Shown piece by piece: positions 9,707 through 19,586 of a stretch of DNA of 64,000 nt. Positions within the stretch are counted from its first letter, which is position 1, and every line of letters starts with the position of its first letter. A program made the translations under genes and the position numbers. The notes under the pieces were generated by a model. That model had not been told where the DNA came from. It did no database searches and saw nothing but the letters and a program-made list of their open reading frames with translations. The DNA is from Cyanidioschyzon merolae. Its lineage: Eukaryota. The stretch is from NCBI GenBank assembly GCA_000091205.1, contig AP006492.2; one strand, 5' to 3'.

Positions 9707-11506
9707 TATATCGATTAATGAAACGAGATTATTGTTCAGCAACTGCGTGGGAATACCATGCCTCGCGTGTCTATCCACACCGCTTCGTCCGCTCTAGATT
9801 GCCGAACGTGCCATACCAGTGACCGGCCTCGGGCAGCAATCCAATGCCTTGTCTCTGGGTCACTGGTTCTGCTCATCGAGAGTGCTCAGCGCCTCAGGGC
9901 AGTGCTCAAACCCAGTCCCAGACGAACTGATCGAATGTTCGCTCGACCCACAGCCGCTGGACGCCCCGGGAGCACGGAACATTGCCGGATGCTGATCGAC
10001 AGGTTCATGTCTCGGTACAGAAAAGTGCTTGCGCGCCTGGTTGCTGGTGCAGTTCCAAGGTGGCAAGCCTCTCGCCTTCGATTGCCTCGCCATCTGGCGT
10101 TCGGCCAGCATACCGCACACGGTATCGTGCATCCGACGCTGGTCCCGGCTCGTGTGCTCTACCGGTTTCAGCATGCATATGTTCTAGTCAGGCGCGTACG
10201 TCGTCATGAGGGCGTCAGTGAACGACCTTCGAAATCGATGCCTGCACTCACTTGAAGCGCTCTTCGACGGGGCACTGGAGCAACCGATGTTTGCTGGAGG
10301 ATGTTCATCGCGGTGGGCTACCACTCAACGACGCGACTTGCCGGTCGTTCCCTTTCCACAACCGCTGGACTAGGTGCCGAGTGCAAGACTACCGGCCTCC
10401 GCACAGACGAAACTGCAGGCTATCCGAGCACAGCGCCAGACACATCTGCCGTCGATTGTCTGTACAGGTCAGTCGCACGCTCGTGTGCTCTCTGAATGAC
10501 GCGCATAAACGCATCACCGTCTGCACAGTACAATACGACGCTGAGAGCGTCGCGATGCGCCCTGATGCCGTCATTCCACTTTGTGGTATGTCGCCTGGCG
10601 TCCATGATGCCCGGGCCCCGATGATGCCGCGCTCTGGAAGAATCCTGTCGCGGTGCCGATGGTGTCCCGAGCAGCCGCTGTGCTGCCGCACGAAGGTTTG
10701 ATCGAGAACGTCGAGGCGGGTAAGGACAGCTGGCTGCCGTGCGTACGGAACGCGCTCGAACAGCCGCTCGACGAGATGCGCTCCAGCGAGAGAGACGAGG
10801 GAAGCGCGAGCAAGTCGGCACACACGAAGCTTGAGGCCATCAGCGAATCTTTTCGTTTGGCCGTTGGTAGGCGACTGAACGGCTGCGTCACCACAAGCAC
10901 CGGTACTGCCGCCATTCAAGCTTGTCTCTTGTGTATGAAGTGCAGCTCGCGTCTCTCTGAATGCCGATACAAAGCTGTACCGGTTATTCCGAGAACAGTC
11001 TCATCCAGTGAGACGAAACCCCGTCCCTGCTGGAACCAGTGTTTGTGTTTCATGGGGAAGCTTAGCGAGCGAAGCTTAACGGGCGAGAGCTGCATACGGA
11101 AACATACTTCTTAGTACGAGTTCGTGTCTCTTCATCAATGCTCGTCTCAATAGAGCGGAAACTTCATATCCTGTCGCTTCTTTGACAAAACTGGTCAGCA
11201 AAAGTATGCTATAGAATGCGTTGTCGAGTGAGTGCGCAGCCGTATAGACAGCGTTTGCGAGGATCAGGGTAGGGTGCACGGCATCCGTTGCACGGACGAC
11301 GAGGACAGAGGATTCATCCGCCTACTGAGCGTAGAGTGACCGACTTGGACCAGTAATGTCGTTATCTCGCCAGCTAGCAGCGACAGCACAGAGTCTTTCC
11401 AGGACCGCTTCTCAAACCGAATAACACGTCCCGTTTGCTGAGTACCTGAAAGTAAAATAGTCTCAGATAATGTACTTGAACGTGTGTTCCGGAATTCTCT
11501 GATCTG
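9707..11506. repeat. Inverted repeat, left arm (1800 bp)
   Basis: Reverse-complement match to 16137-17936 with exact mirror symmetry. ORF pairs 9758-10255 / 17388-17885 and 11076-11279 / 16364-16567 are near-identical; every coordinate pair sums to 27643. About 97-98% identity is implied by a few amino-acid differences per ORF. Confidence 0.9.
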
Positions 11507-11740
11507 GATACGGCGCTTCGAGGATGCAGTAGTTTCTTGGTCCATGCTTTGATCGTGCACCTGGAATCGAATCGCCCGGGTGAGCGACACGCCCCGCTCG
11601 ACCAGATTTCGTTTGCTTGGAGACGCTACAGGAGCCAGAGCCTCGTGCCCTGTGCGGTACAGGGCGGACTTGACGCTTGTTTCGCACGAGTTGAGCTTTA
11701 CGCTGACGAGCGAGCCACCGGCTTGCGTCGCTTAACAAGG

Positions 11741-12313
11741 ATGGGTGCGAACGCGTCCACTTTGCTGGACGACGATATAACAGAAATAGTGGCCTCGTCG
11801 TCTTTCTCGAAAGATGAAATCGAGCAACTGTATAGCCGCTTTCAAAAGCTAGACCGCAACGGATCCGGAACGATCGATGCTTCAGAGTTCCTGATGATTC
11901 CGGAGCTCGCCATGAACCCACTTGTGCCGCGTATTGTCCAGCTTTTTGACGGTGTTAACTTCAAAGAGTTTGTGCGGCTGCTCTCGGCGTTCGGAAAAAA
12001 CGCACCTCGGGAAGCACGGATTGACTTCTTGTTCCGCTTTTACGACGTTGATGGGGATGGGGTGGTCAGCGAAGCAGACGTCAACAGTATTTTTCGGTTG
12101 CTCGTTGGCGAAAACCTGGACGACGCCACCTTGCGACGAATCGTACGCCAGGCTATGCTGGACTTTGGCGCTGGCCTAGAAGCTCTGGATGGCGGAGACG
12201 AGAGCGAAGAGCTGAACGGCTGTAGCGTTCAGTGCCGACCGCTCACGAGAGAGGACTTCTGTCGAAAGCTTCAAAACGTCGAACTCGATCGCATTTTACA
12301 AATATCCGTTTAG
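11741..12313 (+). CDS. Calcineurin B-like EF-hand Ca2+-binding protein (N-myristoylation motif MGxxxS)
   Basis: MGANASTLL... start. EF-hand loops DRNGSGTIDASEF and DVDGDGVVSEADV. PELAMNPLVPRIVQLFD matches the calcineurin B PELQQNPLVQRVIDIFD block. ATG at 11741 confirmed in sequence. Confidence 0.75.
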   Translation: MGANASTLLDDDITEIVASSSFSKDEIEQLYSRFQKLDRNGSGTIDASEFLMIPELAMNPLVPRIVQLFDGVNFKEFVRLLSAFGKNAPREARIDFLFRFYDVDGDGVVSEADVNSIFRLLVGENLDDATLRRIVRQAMLDFGAGLEALDGGDESEELNGCSVQCRPLTREDFCRKLQNVELDRILQISV

Positions 12314-12668
12314 GACTTCATTCCGGTGACCGCATTCGCTATGCTTCGTCAATCGAGCAGGGCATGCACCCCCAGGAGCCGCCTACGTGGCTACGCCTCC
12401 CCGCTCATGCTCTCTTTTTCAAGGCGATATCATTGGTGACCAGGCGAGCTGGTGCGTGCCCAGTGGTGCGTATCCACGAATACAACGCGCGCTCTCTACA
12501 ACAGCGTCTAGCGGCAGCCTCGGTTGTGGTGCTTTCGGAGTCGGCGTGCGGCGTGCACGAGGCACTGTCACCCTTCAACAAGCTCAGTTTAGAGGAGCCT
12601 CACAGGTCTCTTGCGGGACCAAAGTTCAGAGCCGCAGTCTCGCGCACTGGAGGTCGCCTTCTCTCTCT

Positions 12669-12697
12669 GTGTGTGTATGTATGTGTGTGTGTGAGCG
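12669..12697. repeat. (GT)n/(GTAT)n microsatellite
   Basis: gtgtgtgtatgtatgtgtgtgtgtg. Shorter in paralogous copy at about 46269-46290. Confidence 0.8.
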
Positions 12698-13144
12698 ACG
12701 CACAGCGGCCTCGCGAAAGGACGCGAGACCCCGCTCTGCGTACATTTACCACAACGATGCGCCTTCCTCGACGAACGTACATAACATAGGGGCATGCTAG
12801 AGTCTCCAGCAGAGTCGTCCTCGCTTTACATTCCAAGGATGTGTACTGCCGTTACATCCATACGTGCGCAGCCGGTGATACCACAGCACGTCATCGTGCA
12901 CAGGCAGGCACACGAGCCGCTCTGTCTCGGGTCCGCAGCTGAGGCACTGTCGCCTCAGAGGTCCAACAGACGCGGATACCGTTCCGCAGCCGCAGAGCAG
13001 GTCGAGCGCCCCAGAGGCAGCGCAGCGGCAACTGCTCCGAGATGGAGCGCTCCTGATGATGCCCGCTACAGATCGACTGTTCAATAAATGAATGAATGGA
13101 ATGCCACCTGGTCGAAGATGTTGCCGAACGGTTCACTAATCCTG

Positions 13145-14821
13145 TCACGACGCTACGACAACTGGTACGGCCTCCGATGTGCAAGCGGTGTCAGTGCCTG
13201 CCCCAGTGCCTGCTCCAGTGCTTGCGTCCGCAACACGCCAACGCGCACGAATAACACTGTCCGCTGGGTATATCGTCGGCAAGTAGATGATCTCGTCGCT
13301 GTGCACGGTGCGCACCCGAGTCCAGTCCACAGTGGTCGCCAGCACCGCCAAATAGCACATCAAATGGTTGATCGCATAGTTCCGCCCGACACACATGTGC
13401 GGACCGCAGCCAAACGTCAGGAAATGCTTCCGGTACTTTTGCTCCTCCTGCCGCGGCGGCAGCATCCGCTCCGGATCGAAGCGTTCAGGTGACGGAAAGC
13501 CCTGCATGCACGCAGTCCAGAGACTCGGCACCACGAGCGCACCTCGCGGCACCTCGTAGCCGTTCGGCAGCTGCACCCGCTTGCTCGCAACCTGCGGAAC
13601 CATCACAGGCGGCGGCCGGAAGCGCAGCACCTCCAGAACGACCGCGCGCGTGTACACCATCTGCTCCAGCAGCTCGTAGGTGATCGGCTCGTCGTGCGGG
13701 CGCAGCCGCTGTTGCTCTTCGCGCACCCGCTGCAGCACGTCGGGTCGCTCGGCCACCAGCACAGTCGTCCATACCAGCGACGCTGTCGACGCATCCTGAG
13801 ACGCAAACAAAAAGTCCAGCATGGCGTCCGCCATCTCGTGGTCCGCGCTGTACTTGGGCGGCGCCCGGTTCTCGCGCTTCGCAGCTGCAACCTCCTCCAG
13901 CACGGACACCGTCCAAAAGTCCAGCAGGCACTGCGGCTCCGCCTCGGCGTCCTTCCGGAAACGCTCCTTCGACGCCCGTACACACGCAGTCAGGTCCCGT
14001 AGTACACGCTCCCGCGCCCGTATCGCACGCCACAGGCCCGTCCCAGGCAGCGCTAACGGGAACGAAAGAAAACCCTGCGTGATCAGCAGATAGTCCGCAC
14101 AGAAGCGCTCCCGATCGCGCAGGTACGGACCCACAAACACCGTCTGCGACGTCCGCAGATTCAGGTCGCGGATGCGCGGGCGCACCTCAAATGCTGCCGC
14201 GGTGCCGTCCGTGCCGCGCCCCGACAGCCACGCCGCCAGGTGCTCGCCAATCAGGCGCTCGTGGATGCTCACGTACATGCCTAGCGCCTTGGGCGTGAAC
14301 AGCCGCAGAAAAGACTGCCGCAGGAGCTTGTGCTCCTCGCCGCTCTTGAAGGCAATATTGTTCCGCCCGAGGATCCGCCAGCCGTTCGGGTGCAGTATCA
14401 TCTCAAACGCGTGCGGGCCGTTCTCGCTGAGCACGTACCGGCTGAGGTCCGTGTCCGTCACGAAAAGCACGAAGAAGCCCGCCAGCGCATTCCAGCTCAG
14501 GCCGCACGGGTTTAAGCGCCGCTGCCGCTCCCAGAACCCGTACGGCGACAGCACCATTTCCACGATGCTCCCGATGAGCGGAATCACAAACCGCGGGCCT
14601 GGGATTCGCCCGTAGCCCGCCCAGCGCCGCAGTCGCACCTGCTCTGCGATCGCGAGGCCGAGCACCAGCAGCGCAACGTACGCCAGCGCACGGCTGGCGG
14701 TACCCCAGCCGGCGATCCCCAGCGCAGCGTCCGCGCGGCGCAGGCAGTGCCGCGCCACCGATACCACCCACTCGGCTGCTGCCACAGGCGTCGAGCGCGT
14801 AAGCGAGGCCGTCTCAATCAT
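13145..14821 (-). CDS. Cytochrome P450 monooxygenase (membrane-anchored)
   Basis: 558-aa ORF. Heme-binding signature FGCGPHMCVGRNYA, PERF motif (PERFDPER), and an N-terminal hydrophobic anchor ALAYVALLVLGLAIA. ATG confirmed at 14819-14821 on the minus strand. Confidence 0.85.
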   Translation of the reverse strand: MIETASLTRSTPVAAAEWVVSVARHCLRRADAALGIAGWGTASRALAYVALLVLGLAIAEQVRLRRWAGYGRIPGPRFVIPLIGSIVEMVLSPYGFWERQRRLNPCGLSWNALAGFFVLFVTDTDLSRYVLSENGPHAFEMILHPNGWRILGRNNIAFKSGEEHKLLRQSFLRLFTPKALGMYVSIHERLIGEHLAAWLSGRGTDGTAAAFEVRPRIRDLNLRTSQTVFVGPYLRDRERFCADYLLITQGFLSFPLALPGTGLWRAIRARERVLRDLTACVRASKERFRKDAEAEPQCLLDFWTVSVLEEVAAAKRENRAPPKYSADHEMADAMLDFLFASQDASTASLVWTTVLVAERPDVLQRVREEQQRLRPHDEPITYELLEQMVYTRAVVLEVLRFRPPPVMVPQVASKRVQLPNGYEVPRGALVVPSLWTACMQGFPSPERFDPERMLPPRQEEQKYRKHFLTFGCGPHMCVGRNYAINHLMCYLAVLATTVDWTRVRTVHSDEIIYLPTIYPADSVIRARWRVADASTGAGTGAGTDTACTSEAVPVVVAS

Positions 14822-15546
14822 TGCTGTCGCAGCTGCGCTCGATGCTCAAGCACGCGCACGCGCCAGCGAGTACGGCCGCGATCGCGAACGCGAACGCGTG
14901 TGTCTACGACTAGGAGGCGCGCGCCCGTGTGCTTCAGCAGCGTACGCGCCTTTGGACAGCAGCAAACGCTGACCGGTCCCGCTCAAGCGCTGCGCGTTTC
15001 GCCAAAACGTATACACAAACGGCACGCACTTGGTTCACGAGCAAAGCGCTCTGCTCGGTGCCGCTCCAAAATAGTCTCCAGCAACCTCTCGGGGGCGTCT
15101 GCGCCCCAGCACGGCACGCGCAGCTCAGCAACGCCTCGCTCGACGGGGTCTCGCTCAGCCTACCGAGTTCAAGCACGGCTTAGACTAGCCTTGCCCTTGC
15201 TGTGATTCAGTCCTTGCTTTCCCTCGCCGCACTAGACTCAGACTCGTGCGGCACAGCTGCGCACCGTCACGCCGGGTCAAGCGCGCTCGATCGTGTCAGA
15301 GCCCGAGGCAAGCGTTCACACGTGTACACACACACAGACACAAACACACTGATGCAGACAATAAAAACAGTGATATCGACAGGACCAAACCAGAGATGCA
15401 CACACACACTTCGACCCTGTTTGGAATACACACAAGACGGGTGTTCCCCGAAATACTGCTACACTTGATTGTGTTGAAACGCGCCTTCACCGAATAATGA
15501 AATGCGCGGCATCGAGCAGCACGCATCGACGACGCGACAGCCGCAA

Positions 15547-15547
<1 letters not shown>

Positions 15548-15622
<75 letters not shown>
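15548..15622. repeat. (GCGT)n microsatellite, about 19 units, alternating purine-pyrimidine (Z-DNA prone)
   Basis: Tandem gcgt units seen directly. Paralogous tract at 49137-49181 has about 11 units. Confidence 0.9.
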
Positions 15623-15623
<1 letters not shown>

Positions 15624-15739
15624 ATCCATAGACCGCTCGCCTTCAGACGTAGGGCAGCGAGGCACCCGGTCGATGCGGATGCGTCACGCGGGGCAATGCG
15701 CGCCACCACGCATCGATTGCGCTGCCGCTGAGGCCTGTT

Positions 15740-15892
15740 GATGATGATGATGATGGTGATGATGGTGATGCTTGGGAGCGAGGCGGGGAGTCGCTGTGCT
15801 GCGTCGCCGACGCTGCTGGCTACACGATCGCGGGAGGGGGGGGGGTTTGTGTTGATGCTTCTCTCTCTCTCTCTGTGTGTGTGTATGCATCT
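15740..15892. repeat. Compound simple-repeat cluster: (TGATGR)n, G10 run, (CT)n(GT)n
   Basis: tgatgatgatgatgatggtgatgatggtgatg; gggaggggggggggtttg; ctctctctctctctgtgtgtgtgt. Lies upstream of the minus-strand P450. Confidence 0.85.
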
Positions 15893-16136
15893 AACATCGT
15901 GCAGCGTCCCGTAATGGCACCAGATGGTGCAGTCGACGGGGTACGCTGATTTCCCGCAGGCGATGCCCGACATTACGTAGTAGGAAGAATGCCCCACAGG
16001 ATATGCAACGCTTTGTTATTTTCGAACTCGACTGTGTATGACCTCGAGCGAATTGCAAGTACCCTCAATTGATGGAGATGTGGAAGGGAAAAATCATGCG
16101 GAAGGCTCGATTTGCGCATGATGCTCACGTTTTACT

Positions 16137-17936
16137 CAGATCAGAGAATTCCGGAACACACGTTCAAGTACATTATCTGAGACTATTTTACTTTCAGGTA
16201 CTCAGCAAACGGGACGTGTTATTCGGTTTGAGAAGCGGTCCTGGAAAGACTCTGTGCTGTCGCTGCTAGCTGGCGAGATAACGACATTACTGGTCCAAGT
16301 CGGTCACTCTACGCTCAGTAGGCGGATGAATCCTCTGTCCTCGTCGTCCGTGCAACGGATGCCGTGCACCCTACCCTGATCCTCGCAAACGCTGTCTATA
16401 CGGCTGCGCACTCACTCGACAACGCATTCTATAGCATACTTTTGCTGACCAGTTTTGTCAAAGAAGCGACAGGATATGAAGTTTCCGCTCTATTGAGACG
16501 AGCATTGATGAAGAGACACGAACTCGTACTAAGAAGTATGTTTCCGTATGCAGCTCTCGCCCGTTAAGCTTCGCTCGCTAAGCTTCCCCATGAAACACAA
16601 ACACCGGTTCCAGCAGGGACGGGGTTTCGTCTCACTGGATGAGACTGTTCTCGGAATAACCGGTACAGCTTTGTATCGGCATTCAGAGAGACGCGAGCTG
16701 CACTTCATACACAAGAGACAAGCTTGAATGGCGGCAGTACCGGTGCTTGTGGTGACGCAGCCGTTCAGTCGCCTACCAACGGCCAAACGAAAAGATTCGC
16801 TGATGGCCTCAAGCTTCGTGTGTGCCGACTTGCTCGCGCTTCCCTCGTCTCCCTCGCTGGGGCGCATCTCGTCGAGCGGCTGTTCGAGCGCGTTCCGTAC
16901 GCACGGCGGCCAGCTGTCCTTACCCGCCTCGACGTTCTCGATCAAACCTTCGTGCGGCAGCACAACGGCTGCTCGGGACACCATCGGCACCGCGACAGGA
17001 TTCTTCCAGAGCGCGGCATCATCGGGGCCCGGGCATCATGGACGCCAGGCGACATACCACAAAGTGGAATGACGGCATCAGGGCGCATCGCGACGCTCTC
17101 AGCGTCGTATTGTACTGTGCAGACGGTGATGCGTTTATGCGCGTTATTCAGAGAGCACACGAGCGTGCGACTGGCCTGTACAGACGATCGACGGCAGATG
17201 TGTCTGGCGCTGTGCTCGGATAGCCTGCAGTTTCGTCTGTGCGGAGGCCGGTAGTCTTGCACTCGGCACCTAGTCAAGCGGTTGTGGAAAGGGAATGACC
17301 GGCAAGTCGCGTCGTTGAGTGGTAGCCCACCGCGATGAACATCCTCCAGCAAACATCGGTTGCTCCAGTGCCCCGTCGAAGCGCGCCTCAAGTGAGTGCA
17401 GGCATCGATTTCGAAGGTCGTTCACTGACGCCCTCATGACGACGTACGCGCCTGACTAGAACATATGCATGCTGAAACCGGTAGAGCACACGAGCCGGGA
17501 CCAGCGTCGGATGCACGATACCGTGTGCGGTATGCTGGCCGAACGCCAGATGGCGAGGCAATCGAAGGCGAGAGGCTTGCCACCTTGGAACTGCACCAGC
17601 AACCAGGCGCGCAAGCACTTTTCTGTACCGAGACATGAACCTGTCGATCAGCATCCGGCAATGTTCCGTGCTCCCGGGGCGTCCAGCGGCTGTGGGTCGA
17701 GCGAACGTTCGATCAGTTCGTCTGGGACTGGGTTTGAGCACTGCCCTGAGGCGCTGAGCACTCTCGATGAGCAGAACCAGTGACCCAGAGACAAGGCATT
17801 GGATTGCTGCCCGAGGCCGGTCACTGGTATGGCACGTTCGGCAATCTAGAGCGGACGAAGCGGCGTGGATAGATACGCGCGGCATGGTATTCCCACGCAG
17901 TTGCTGAACAATAATCTCGTTTCATTAATCGATATA
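16137..17936. repeat. Inverted repeat, right arm (1800 bp)
   Basis: Mirror of 9707-11506. See left arm. Confidence 0.9.
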
Positions 17937-19586
17937 TCTACGGATATCGCGTAAAGTGTACAGCAAGTATTCTTGTTAATACCCGTGTCAGACTAACACC
18001 GAACGGGTCTACCTAATGAAACGCGCCTGCAAAGTTTCGAGACGCTTTCAACATCCATCAGCACCAGCTTCCGCGGGCTTTGTCTGCGACTGCTTCCTTT
18101 TCCTCTGTATTATTTCCAGCTTTTAGTATGTCAGACTCTCGCGTACCTGCAGCATTGCTGTCAGAAGTCGATGGATGATGATGATCGCGTACAAGTCCCG
18201 AGTTCCTAGTTTCCGTTAGTTGCCAACGGATTCGAGACTCATACGGAAGTTGCGATCTACGCTTCGCTTGCCATTTTCACCTTCTTTTCATAGAGTCATA
18301 CTGCTCCCTGCATAGTGATGAGACTTGCCTTGGACAGGTGTTCCCCCAAGTCCATCAGATCTCCTTGACTGAGGGCTATACTCTAGCGCACGAAAGCTTG
18401 CTTCGCCATTCGATACACGCCCTCTGGCGCGGCAGCGCGAACCCTCGATGCCACCCTCCGTCTGTGCACCCCGTCGTCGTAACCTAGAATCACAGGGGTT
18501 TCCTGGGTGATCCCATTAGCGAGTATGCTCTCTGCCACCCGTGCACGAGCACGCTCCCTCATTCGATGAAGGATTCGGGAAATGCGGTATTGTCCATGAT
18601 GAAACAAGAAGTACCGTTTGGAAAAATCTGGTCTCTACAAGGAGCAACGGAACTTCGATCCGTCTATGCTGCCATCTCGCAAAACAGTGACCCTCTCTCT
18701 AGTGAGTGTGTTTGTTGGAATGACTGAAGCTGGAGTTCAAGGCCCTTTTACGTGCAAGCAGATGAAAAGGGAGCCTCTTGGAGCAGATCCCGTGAGATCT
18801 ATAATGCTGCTCTCGGATGCTGCTGCGTCGATGAGCGCAACGAAAGGAGTGTATGTCCTGCGAACAGAGCCAATTATTCGATGTGAAATGTTCAGTAAAT
18901 TTTTGGTATGGGCTTGTGAAAAGGTCGTCAATAAACGAAGCGCAGCGGTTTTTGTGGTCACTTGGGCGGCATGAATCGCCGTGCCAACCGTTTGCCTTGA
19001 AACCAAAACGTTGAAAACTTGACGCATGCGTGATTCGAGCGCGCCGCACGTAGAGTAAAGAGAAGCATGGGGGCTTGTGCATGTGACTCAGATAATGAAA
19101 TCGATTATTTTAAGAACACTTGTTCCGGAGCATGGCAAATCATGGTCATTCCGGTGACGTAACAACTTCCAGCGGCGAGGCGTTGAGGAAGTCACCCCGA
19201 AAAGACGACCATTCATCGATGAATTAGGCGTAAAACGTATGCAGGTATTGCTGCACTCGGAATCTCGCGGCTTTATATCCTAAAAAATCTCGGGGAAATT
19301 TGAATATCGGGAACAGAGATACCAGGTGAGAGCTCCATGTAGGTCTCGTTAAGCTTTTGGGCAAGAATAACCAGGGTCCCGAGCGGCGCCTCCTTATCTG
19401 TCCGCGGGATCCTGCATATCAGCGATACCGCAAGTTCGAGCATTTAACTGCTCCACATTGTTTCTGGACGCAAGATCCCGTTGCGAGCCCACGACATGCG
19501 ACAACGACGGCAACAACGGCAATCAGCATTACCGCGACGAAGATCGGCACTGCCCTCGTCAGGAGTGATGGCACCTAGCTGCAAGT

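Larger units (their letters stand above)
12312..15984. repeat. Segmental duplication, copy A (3673 bp)
   Basis: Direct repeat of 45916-49540. Contains the P450 gene and microsatellite-rich upstream region. The left boundary falls at the TAG stop codon of the calcineurin B gene. Confidence 0.9.

Noticed and set aside
9758-11114. ORFs inside the inverted-repeat arms (9758-10255, 10252-10701, 10389-10919, 10653-11114) and their mirror images
   Set aside because: They overlap one another on both strands and show no conserved motifs. Their duplication is explained by the IR itself. A transposase was looked for (DDE, HUH, zinc-finger signatures) and not found.
18383-19082. Short ORFs between the right IR arm and the PGM gene (18383-18607 minus, 18618-18974 plus, 18737-19027 minus)
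   Set aside because: No motif support. They could be exons of an intron-containing gene, but this cannot be established from sequence alone.
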